From Octopus sinensis (lineage: Eukaryota), in NCBI RefSeq assembly GCF_006345805.1, contig NC_042997.1, positions 163,122,001 through 163,186,000 of the forward strand: a stretch of DNA of 64,000 nucleotides. Direction: 5' to 3'. The notes under the pieces were generated by a model that made no database searches, was not told the origin of the DNA, and saw nothing but the letters and a program-made list of their open reading frames with translations. The translations under genes were made by a program, and so were the position numbers. Positions 38,280-48,700 of this stretch are shown here, one piece after another (position 1 is the stretch's first letter; each line of letters opens with the position of its first letter).

Positions 38280-38484
38280 TCTTTTACTACTCCAAGTAGA
38301 GACAGAGTGAAGTCTTAACTTCAAATAAATGAATAAACTCCAAGACATGTATTGATTGAATTTTCTTTTTTCTTGTTTGTAAATCCAAATACACAGAAGC
38401 ACACACAGCTGTGAACACCTATACAAAATCGAATTAAAAACACACCACATCTTGTACCAAGTAAAGCATTCATGCATAAAAGAG
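38280..38484 (-). CDS. MEI1: MEI1-like exon (SFMHECFTWYKMWCVFNSILYR...); may end at 38419 instead
   Basis: Open frame; FNSILYR resembles FAEILTR; alternative donors ag|gtgttc (38419) and aga|gtgagg (38280). Confidence 0.55.
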
Positions 38485-38558
38485 CTGCTTCAATTATGTA
38501 CATAGTATTTAGGAATAAAATAAACATCTTCCTTTTCTAATGTACAACAGTAAAGTAC

Positions 38559-38622
38559 CACACCCTATTTTCTGCATTGTATATGCTGCCACATTTTCCA
38601 AAGACTGGTCTAAACCATGCAA
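38559..38622 (-). CDS. MEI1: MEI1-like exon (VAWFRPVFGKCGSIYNAENRV)
   Basis: Acceptor tcaattttatgtag, donor tg|gtactt; PVFGKCGSIY resembles PLFFSKCHTVY. Confidence 0.6.
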
Positions 38623-38697
38623 CTACATAAAATTGAAGGAATATGCAATATCTGATTGCAACAACTGTATGTGTTAACTAGGGCAACAAGCCCATAC

Positions 38698-38737
38698 CTA
38701 ACAGTTTCATACAGCTGGCTTTATTTACTAACTGTAC
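38698..38737 (-). CDS. MEI1: MEI1-like 40-nt exon (VQLVNKASCMKLL)
   Basis: CTAAC branch-like motif before aaatag, donor g|gtatgg, phase 0 to 1; CMKLLV resembles CLTLLV. Confidence 0.55.
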
Positions 38738-39132
38738 CTATTTGTTAGTGGAAAAGAGTACAATACACACATTAGACATCACACACTTTTAATCTGAACA
38801 TAAAGCCAGTGAGGGAGCCTCTGTATAGTCACTCAACCTGCTAGAAACAGCAGCCAAATCTCCCTACCATCTCAGAAAGAAAAAGAACATTGAATAACGT
38901 AAGTCAATATAAACTATGGCTGAGATAGAAAAAATGAGTTGTGTTGGTCATTGTTGGAATGCTTCTGATCGTAAGTTTGCTTGATCAGGGGCTCAATTCA
39001 CATTACCTGCAATACAACAGAAATAAACCTTATGCTCAAATCACCACAAAATATCCACAAAGTTCACAGGAATCTGAGAAAGCATATCGAAATGGATTCT
39101 TTCTTTTTCTGTCTTCCTATTTTTTTCTCTAC

Positions 39133-39363
39133 TAATAAAAGAAAAAAAGGCAACAAATCAAAACAGTTCTGTGTTTGAACACTGGGGATATACACAACTA
39201 CATGAAGATGAAAAGTGGATTGTAACAATCGAACAACAATGCTGTTACTCCAACAAAAGAGTAAGAAAGATAACGCTATTGAAGTAAAAGACTGTGGAAC
39301 AAAACAGAAGAAAACAAGCTGGAAGAAGAATAGCAAGAGAGGATATAGGCAGACCAGCATTTT
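39133..39363 (-). CDS. MEI1: MEI1-like exon (KMLVCLY...FTSIALSF...VVVYIPS...DLLPFFLLL)
   Basis: Acceptor tttcttctacag, 77 open codons, phase 0-0; motifs resemble TSLPL, VLVHSP and DIPEFLF in order. Confidence 0.55.
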
Positions 39364-39550
39364 CTGTAGAAGAAATTATGAGATTGTATAAAGTAATGCA
39401 GGTATTAAGAGAGGGAGGGAAGTAAAAGAGAAAAAAAAATTCATCTGAGCAGCAATTTCCTAGGATGAATTTTGGTGAACAACCATTTGATATTAAAAAT
39501 AAAAGGAGAGAATTTCTTCTTCAAGAAACAATATATTTAATAGAAAATAC

Positions 39551-39813
39551 ATAGAAACAACAACAGCATAAGCACCACAGGACTTTCAACCTCTTAATAT
39601 CAATTCCATTCAACAATCCTTTGAAGAGTTCCAATGAAAGTTGTTGAGAAAGAATAGTGTAGTAATAAACCTGAATGTGCCAACAGTAGCAAAAACAGCA
39701 GAGTAATTCCACATATGTGACTACTGAAATATTGGAGATTTTTTTTACCATATAATAGAGAGTTCGACTATTCTCATCACCAAGAAAAAAAAAGTAATGC
39801 AACAGACCCATAT
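39551..39813 (-). CDS. MEI1: MEI1-like exon (MGLLHY...ILSQQLSLELFKGLLNGID...CFY)
   Basis: Acceptor gatatttctgtaaag with a 2-nt lead matching the upstream phase 1; 87 open codons; donor tat|gtattt. Confidence 0.6.
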
Positions 39814-40344
39814 CTTTACAGAAATATCACAAAAAGTAATGCAAACAGTAGATTGTTATCTGGAAGCCTAGATGACCGAATATTGGAACAATAAGATCTT
39901 TTATCTCTGTCTTTTACTTGTTTCAATTATTGAACTGCAACCATGCTGGGGCACCACCTTGAAGTGTTTTATTTATCAACTAGACCAACAGCAGTTCTTA
40001 ATTTTTAAATCTGGAACTTATTCTATCAGTCTCTCTTAATGAACCACTAAATTATAGACATAAACAAACCAACATTGGTCAAGTAGTTGGGGAGGACAAA
40101 CACACACACACACACATATAAACAAACATACATACATACATCTCTTTAGCAGCACACCTGTTTCTGTCCTCATTCTGGCTATCTCTCTCTCTTTCACTAT
40201 TTCTTTCTTTCTCTCTCTCTGGTTGAGTAACCATGTACACCCTCTACAGCAAGACACCTGTTTCTGTCTCTGTCACACTCTAATTTTCCATCATCTGACA
40301 CAAGATCACCTCTGCCTATTCCCCCTCTCCACTCAAAGATTCCT

Positions 40345-40650
40345 TGTCTTGAGAGTTACTTGGTGACTCTGTTCGTGCAGGTGCCACTTAAAAAGCACCT
40401 AGTCCACACTGTAAAGTGATTGGTATTTGGAAGGGCATCCAGCTGTAATAATCATACCAAAACTGACCTCGCTTGTGTTGGTGACATGTGGGGTGGTTAG
40501 TGTCAGGACAGACATCCAGCCATAAAAACATTGCCAAAACAGACACAGAAGTCTGATGCAGTCTTCTGCCTGGCCAGCTCCTGTCAAACCATCCAACCCA
40601 TGCCAGCATGGAAGGCAGACATTAAACGATTATGATGATGACAATGATGA
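40345..40650 (+). mobile_element. RTE-tail SINE (family C)
   Basis: aaaaagcacctagtccacactgtaaagtgattgg...ccatgccagcatggaaggcagacattaaacgattatgatgatg. Confidence 0.8.
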
Positions 40651-41823
40651 CAAATATAAGATGGTCTTCCATACAGCTTTTGTTCACCAAATCACTCACA
40701 AGGCATTGGCTGGTCTGGGTCTACAGCAGAAGACACTCACCTAATATATTGCACAATAGTACTAAACCCAAAACCACATGGTTGCAAAGCAAGTTTCCTA
40801 GCAAAATAGCCATGCATGCACCTATTAAAAAAAAAAATAAAACATCTGGCTCTCTCAACATACAATCATAATTGAAATTTCAAAGGACATGAAATATGTC
40901 ACTGTTATTATTTAACCTAGATCAAGCAGACCTATAATCAAACATGTACCACATGTGACCACAATTTATGTCAAGGATTACATTATTTCCTTCTTTTCAA
41001 GCTAGTAGGCTGTGACTGAGGAAAACCCTGTAGTACAATCAGTAATATGGCTGCCTGAAAGAAGTAGTGCATTCAGAGAATTTGCAGCGCATCAGACAAG
41101 ATGGTTTGTGGTATTTGGTTACATCCCTTCATGTCCTGAGTTCAAATACAACTCATGTCAACTATACCTTTCCTCTTTCCAAGGTCAATGAAATAAATAC
41201 CTGAGGTTCAAATAATTGACCCTTAATGGTTGTACCTTTCCTAGGTATAGCCCAATAATGAAAATCAGCGGGGGAAAAAAATGCTGTCTGGATAAACACA
41301 AACAGTAAAACATTTCACTTTGTTAAACCTTGGTGCATTGAATGCCAACTTTTTCCTCCTGAAATTCATCAAACACATTTTGTAGGCGCTAAGATGGATC
41401 TGTAATTAACCCTTTTGTTGCCATATTTCTATTGAAATATATTGCTTTTGTTTCAATTAATTCAAGAAATAACAGAAAATTTAGTAAAATAACTTTGTAG
41501 TTATTTTGCTTGAGGTTTGAAACATTAATTGAAATGAAATTTTGTTCAAGATTTTAATTCAGATCACTTTAAAATGAATTTTCTATCATAGAAGCAGGAG
41601 CGATTTCAGGCAGGTTGGAATCAAAAAAATAAACTAAAGAATGGAATTGTTCTTCAATACAATCAGACTCATTCAAAATAATGCATTTAACTCTTTCATG
41701 ACCACATTTTAAATGCTATAAACTGCCCATATTTCAATTAATCCTTTATTTAATCAAGGATTTGCAAAAAATTAACAAACTATTTTCTCCATTATTAAAC
41801 TATTGTTCACAAAATGTTCATAC

Positions 41824-42052
41824 ATAAAGTCACGAGGGAAATGCTTAAACTTAAATATAATCTGTTTAAAACAAATAGTTTTTGTATCATAGAACCAATA
41901 GTGATCTCAAGTGGGTTGTTATCAAAAAGGATGTCTATTTCTTCATCAGGTTTGAAACTAAGTGTCACAGAATGGTTCAGGTTAGTTAATACAACCACTA
42001 AAACATTCACAGTTTGTTGGTTATAGGAAGTTGAGTTGATACTGGAATTCAT
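41824..42052 (-). CDS. MEI1: MEI1-like exon (MNSSINST...VNVLVVVLTNL...SISLVTL)
   Basis: Acceptor ccattttcatatag, donor t|gtatga, 76 open codons; VNVLVVVLTNL resembles IEVLIQITTQL and SLVTL resembles SLATL. Confidence 0.6.
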
Positions 42053-42202
42053 CTATATGAAAATGGAGGAAGTTGCTACTTCTTTGTTATAGACAGAAGC
42101 AAAACAAAAACGATTTAGTAAACCAGGAAGTATCTTTTAGTTACAGATATAGATAGACTATGTAATGCTGTTCAGCTCTAAGCTTTAGCTCAACTTTGAT
42201 AC

Positions 42203-42408
42203 ACCGGGCGAAATGCTTACCAGCATTTCGTCTGCCGCTACGCTCTGAGTTCAAATTCCGCCAAAGTCGACTTTGCCTTTCATCCTTTCGGAGACAATTA
42301 AATAAGTACCAGTTACGCACTGGGGTTGATAAAATCGACTTAATCCGTTTGTCTATCCTTGTTTGTCCCCTCTATGTGTAGCCCCTTGTGGGCAGTAAAG
42401 AAATAAGA
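42203..42408 (+). mobile_element. Young SINE family A, 5'-truncated
   Basis: caccgggcgaaatgc...gagttcaaattccgcc...gcctttcatcctttcgg...gtaaagaaata; CpGs intact. Confidence 0.9.
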
Positions 42409-42603
42409 CTTATGCACAAATATATTCTAGTTATGATCATGGTATCTTTTGTCAGTAATGACACTACATTATTGTATCATTCCCTTTTTATGGCAGTGGA
42501 ATGTGATTTAAAGGAGATTTGACTGTTATTTCTAGAAGAATAAATAATCATGCAGCAGTTCCCTTAATGGCACGCTGTGTGTGTGTGTAATCTAGAAAAT
42601 ACC

Positions 42604-42837
42604 TATTTTTTTACTATCCACAAGGGGCTAAACACAGAAGGGACAAACAAGGACAGACAGACGGATTAAGTCGATTATATTGACCCCAGTGCATAATTGG
42701 TACTTATTTAATTGACCCCGAAAGGATGAAAGGCAAAGTCGACCTCGGCGGAATTTGAACTCAGAACGTAGCGGCAGACAAAATACTGCTAAGCATTTCA
42801 CTCGGCATGCTAATGTTTCTGCCAGCTTGCCGCCTTA
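42604..42837 (-). mobile_element. Young SINE family A with 15-bp TSD
   Basis: Full reverse copy; TSD aatctagaaaatacc at 42589-42603 and 42838-42852. Confidence 0.93.
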
Positions 42838-43752
42838 AATCTAGAAAATACCATTCAATTAGTATGTGAATATATATTCTTCAATCTACAATAACACTGT
42901 GGTAAGTTAACTCCCAGAGCAGAATATTACTGAAAACATGATTAAACACTGTACTTTGTACCTGTTAAAGGAATACAGTTCTAAATAACTGCTGAGAACA
43001 AGCCAAGAAAGACTGAACATTGGACCCATCAAATGTATTTAAAACTCTAGTGATAGTAGCAAGTTGTTATTTAGCCTCTCCCCAACACAGCCAGTCTTGA
43101 CTGAGCAGAATACAATTGAATGTTCCAGTCTTGACTACCCAATATTTCTGTCTATCAGGACTATATTGTCCAAAGTGTTCCTTCTAGAAAGGAAAAGGTG
43201 ATTGTTTTTTTTTTGCTTTTCTGTTTTTTTAAGATATTAAGATATGATTTGAAGGAGGTTTATCTTCTATTTCTAGCGAATCAAGTAATAGTATAAAGAC
43301 TCTCTCAGATAATTTCACAAGATATCATACTTGGAGACTTAAAACAAATAATAGTCGCTGCCCTTGTATAATTGAGAAGTGAATATATAAAGGGTACAAA
43401 CCCCTTCAGTCATGAATGACTATGTGATTGCACCTAGAAAGTTCCCCTCCTAAGTACAAGTCCAAGTAAGACTTTATGGAAGACCAGTAGTCACCCATAC
43501 ATCTCTGTCAAATGCAATGTTTATTTATTCACATTATTTTCAATTAATCATACATTATCTCATAGCTTTAGGATCTCAATGATGTGATTGCTTATTTTTA
43601 GAATGACACTCTAGGGTAGGTGTCAGAGGCTGGGTCTGGCTGGTTTAAAAATTAAGCAGGTAGAATATTTTGGCTGGATATGGTCAGATAAAGGGTTAAT
43701 ACATGAATGTAGACATACACACACACACATATAAACACACACAAGTATACAC

Positions 43753-43787
<35 letters not shown>

Positions 43788-45544
43788 AGAATATGCATGC
43801 ATGAGCACACATATATGCCTGAGTGCACACACACACACACACATACATTCATACATACATACATACACAAATGAACGCACATCCTTTTTTCCTAAATATA
43901 CCAAAATAAAATATCAGTAGCATACATGTGTGTATGATTATAGAGATTCCGAATGTATCAAGATGGTAGTGTTGTTGTTGTTGTTTAGCCCTAGGCCAAC
44001 CCTGATCATTCCAGCCATAACTACCCCATCAATCTAATGTTTTGAAGACTGTAGGGTTTGGTCTGATTGAGATTTCACTGCTATTTCTAGTCTCCCTTAC
44101 TGGATTGTGCTTAAAAAAAAAAACAGAATTAAAACCAAAATAAAGCAACAACAACAAACAACATTTGATGTACTCCTTCCTCAACTTGATAAAAACACCT
44201 AGTGATAGTCTGGATTTCTTAAGTAGAACAGTAGTGTTTGAATAATATGAAGAAGGAGACTAAAGCAGTGAAAGAGATTTATTTGCAAGAGGTCCAGGAA
44301 ACTATGGCAGAAATTCAGTCTAGCAAAGTCTGACAAATAGGATAGGATATCTTGAGTTTATAATTGGAATGTCAAGAACTAGGTGGAGAGAAGGGGCAAA
44401 TTGAGAGAGAGAAAGTATCTGAAGTAAGGCAGGGGTGAATGGAATGAAAGGGGAAGAGAAAAAGGGGAGAAATATATACACGCGCATGTAGAAGTGAGAG
44501 GAGAGGAATCGAAAAAATATAGGGTGAAGCACAGAAATGTTTAAAAGGATTTGACTCTAGACAGAAACTGATAATTTTCCACCTTTGTAGATCGCAGATA
44601 AACAGATTGGCATCTTCAAGTGAGGAAACCTGAGAAAGAAAAATGTTTAAAGTACTGTACGCATAATGTTTGTGTGTATGTTTGCATGATTAAAAAGAGA
44701 AAGCTAAATTGATTATTAATCAATTTAAGTGTTCCAGCTGCAAGAATGATTATGTAAGTATATTAACACACGTATGTTTATGTATGTGCCATGTTTGTGT
44801 ACATATGTGAATGTACATGTATGTCATTTACGTCATCACACACACATATACATACATACACACATACACGCGCGCGCGCACAGAGTTCAGAACATAATTT
44901 TTCAACAGTAAAACAAAACATATCTAAATAAGCATAGCAGAATGCTAAATATGTCAAAATATATCTGAATTCTGTAAAACTACATGCACACATAACCCGA
45001 GAGCTTCTATATAGTTGCTCAACCAGCTCAAAATAGAAGCCAAAGGGAAGGACACATTAGATATTGTCATCAGCAGCAGCATTTTATGTCTGCTTTTCCA
45101 TGCTGGTATGGGTTGGATAGTTCTTCTGAGGCAGTCTTTTTAAAAGTCAGATGCACTTCTAGTCTCCAAGTGTGTTTAAACACATCTTACAACATGCAGG
45201 GATACAGAATATCTATTCTAAAACTGGGATACACAGTCTAAAAAAAAAAGATAGATAAACAAGATGGTCACAACTGGAACATATATGATCACTGGTCTGC
45301 CTTATCATGGATGACCTGGGACTAAACCACAACAAAAACAATCTATCAGTCATAAAGAAAATTCAAAGCAGTCAGTTTCCTAGTTTCTAACACTGAAGTA
45401 TTTGTCACTTTTTTATACTATAATAACTATAATATGAGGAACTAGTCAGAGAGAGACCGTCTCTGCATCTCTGTGGTCATTCATTCAAACTGAAAGTATT
45501 AGCAGCCCAATCTCTCTCGCATTACATTCTAACATCTTTAATTT

Positions 45545-45900
45545 TTTATTTGTTTCAGTTATGAGACTACAGCTATGCTGGGGCACTGCTGTGAAGAATT
45601 TTTAGTCAAATGAATTGACCCTAATACTTATTTTTTCTAAGGCAGCTACTTATTTTATCTGTCTCTTTTGCCAAACTGCTAAGTTATGGGTACACACCAA
45701 CACCAATAGTTGTCAAGGGTTGATGCAGGGATAGACCAAAGATATGACAGTCTTCTGTTTTTATCAACCAAATCCACTCACAAGGCTTTGATCAGCCTGA
45801 GGCTATAGAAGACACTGGCCCACATTGCTATGCAGTAGGACTGAACTTGGAACCATGTGGTTGGGAAGCAAGCCTTTTATCACACTGCCATGCCTGTGCC
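45545..45900 (-). mobile_element. SINE family B copy
   Basis: Reverse head gaaccatgtggttgggaagcaagc and tail gctatgctggggcact. Confidence 0.8.
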
Positions 45901-46317
45901 TAATAAAAGAATATGTTGTATAATGTATTTCTTAATATTACTACTAGATTATCTGAACAAAATGATTAGACAGACATGACTGAATTATTCTTGAAATAAC
46001 AGATCTGTTCAATCAGAGCTGACAAAGAATAAAAACAATTACAGCATGGGATCTACTTTTGATTCCTTTTTAAAGAATTTTTAATATTGTAGTCAATAAT
46101 GCTCATTGCAAATTCATAACCGTTGTATCTTACCTTTGCCTTCTCTTAAGCGTAGGATTTATAATTATGTGAAAAATCATTATTATTATTATTGGCAAAA
46201 ATTGGCAGAGCAACAGAGAAACGTTTTTACAGTATTTAATTATCATTATCTGTGCTCTGAATTCAAATCCAACGAGTGTTGAATTTACTTTTCCTCATTC
46301 CAGGAGGTCAATGATAA

Positions 46318-46623
46318 AATAAGATATCTCAAGGACCGCTGGATGGATTCGGATGAAACTTTCAGGGATGCTTGGCCTCATGACTGACACAAACTGATAA
46401 TATTTTGGGATTCATCTGATACCGGACAAGGATTCTGGTTTATTTTTCCTGTTTTTTTTTTACTTAACTTTTGAGAGCGGTCGGGTTCGTTTTTAGTATT
46501 CTCATTTATGAGAGCAGTCAAGTTTATTTCAAACATTCTCATTTTAAAAATCATCTCCAGCTAATTGTTGAGAGGATGTTAGTGTTGTCTTGGTGGAGGT
46601 TTGCGCTCTCTGAGTGCTCTTGT
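46318..46623 (+). mobile_element. Helentron/DINE-like non-autonomous element
   Basis: atgaaactttcagggatg motif; 3' stem-loop gcgctc-tct-gagtgc followed by tcttgtt. Confidence 0.55.
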
Positions 46624-47779
46624 TATTATTAGAAAGAGTATAAGGTGGTGAACTGGCAGAACCATTAGCATGCTGGACAAAATGCTTAGCAGAATTTTTC
46701 ATCTTTACATTCTGAGTTCAAATCCCACCATCCCTTCAAGGTCAATAAAATGAGTACCAGTCAAGAATTAGGATCAATGTTATCAACTATCTCGATTTCC
46801 CAAACTTGCTGGCCTTGTACCAAAATCTGAAACCATCATTATTAGAAAGGGTGATCAATCAGTAGAACACTGCACAAAGTACCTAACAATATTTTATTGC
46901 ACTACGCAATGTTCTGAGTTCAAATCCTGTCGAGGTTGACTTTGCCATTCATCCTTTTAAGATAATGAAATGCAGTACCAATCAACAACTGAATTGATTT
47001 CAATAGTTCTCCTCATCCAAAATGTCTGTCCTTGTGGCTATATCATGAATCATAAACATAATCATCATCACATAGATGGGCTGGTAGACACAATGCAATA
47101 TTTAATTTTTAAAATACAGCAGAATCAAAGAAATAGTAAAGCTTGCAAGCTTAGAATTTAAATACATTTAGAATATTTAATTTCATACTGGTACTTTCTA
47201 TGTTCTAAATTGCCTCAGCCAACCATGTTCATTTATCTCCCCAAGGTCAGTAAGATTAAACACTAGCTTTATATTTAAACTTGATTCAACCAAGCATCAT
47301 CATCATCATAAACCTAACCATCATCATCATAATCATTCAACTGCAGTAGCAGACAACCCTCTTCTACTCATTGCAGCATTCATTATTAATTGTGGTCCCA
47401 AGGCAACAAGCTGGCATAATCATTAGTGCATCGGACAAAATGGTTTCATAGCATTTCTTCCCACTCTTTTCATTCTGAGTTCAAATCCTGCCAAGGTTAA
47501 CTCTGCCTTTAATCCTTTCGGGGTCAATAAAATAAGTACCTGTCAAGTACTGGGCCAGTGTAACTGATTTGTCCCTTCCCCTGAACATTACTGGCCTTGT
47601 ACCAAAATAGAAACAATTATTGTGGTCCCGTCGTTGTGCGATTAGCTCTGGCCATCAGGAGTATTTTAATTCCTAAACAGAATATAATGTTGGTGACAGA
47701 GTTTGCTCTAGCCCTATCACTCTTCTGTTTGCTTTTTCTTTGTTCTTTTCAGTCTTGCAAGTTAAATGGCAACCTCACA

Positions 47780-47965
47780 AGTACTGGTGTCATATAAAAA
47801 GCAACCAGTGCACTCTGTAAAGTGGTTGGCATTAGGAAGGGCATTCAACCATAGAAAGCATGCCAAAGATAACACTGGAGCTTAATGCAGCCCTGCAGCT
47901 AGCAGGTTCCCTGTCAAACTGCCATACCCAAGCCAACATGGAAAATGGACGCTAAATGATGATGA
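47780..47965 (+). mobile_element. RTE-tail SINE (family C)
   Basis: aaaagcaaccagtgcactctgtaaagtggttggcattagg...ggaaaatggacgctaaatgatgatg. Confidence 0.8.
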
Positions 47966-48457
47966 ATATAAAAGCCAGAACAGATACCACTTGACATTAA
48001 CAATTCTGCCAATCCATTTACCTAGACTGGCACTCAATTCACCCCCAAAAGAATGGAAAATAAACCTTGACTTTTGTGGGATTTGAACTTGGAATTCAAA
48101 GAGCAGCAACAAATACCACAATGCATTCTATGCAATGCTCTATCAACTCTGCCAATTCACTGCCTTCAATTAAATAAACTCTTCCAAATAAACTTTGTGG
48201 TGATGTGCCAACTTAATTCCTCATTATTATAGAATTCTTCATTTTTATAAATGCTAGTTAGCTGGTGAGATTGGTAGACAGCCAAACAAAATGTATCGGA
48301 GTATACATTCATTTACACCATTTTTACATTCCAAATTCAAACCTCCACAGAGACCAATTCTACCAGTTGTCTTTCCAAGGTCAAAAAATTTAGTACCAGT
48401 AAACATACTGAAAGGGGTCATGGGGTAATGTCAGAAATCAGTATTTACATGTATACC

Positions 48458-48700
48458 TATTTCTTTACTACCCACAAGGGGCTAAACACAGAGGGAACAA
48501 ACAAGGACAGAAAAATGGATTAAGTCAATTACATTTACCCCAGTACGTAACTGGTACTTAATTTATCGACCCTGAAAGGATGAAAGGCAAAGTCGACCTC
48601 GGCGGAATTTGAACTCAGAACATAACGGCAGACAAAATACAGTTACGCATTTCGCCCGGCGTGCTAACGTTTCTGCCAGCTCGTCACCCTGATGGTATAC
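48458..48700 (-). mobile_element. Young SINE family A with 15-bp TSD
   Basis: TSD atttacatgtatacc at 48443-48457 and 48701-48715. Confidence 0.93.

Noticed and set aside
38537-38539. In-frame TAG (VVH*KRK) suggesting read-through or editing
   Set aside because: A 74-nt GT-AG intron (38558-38485) removes it and switches to the frame containing FNSILYR, which fits better.
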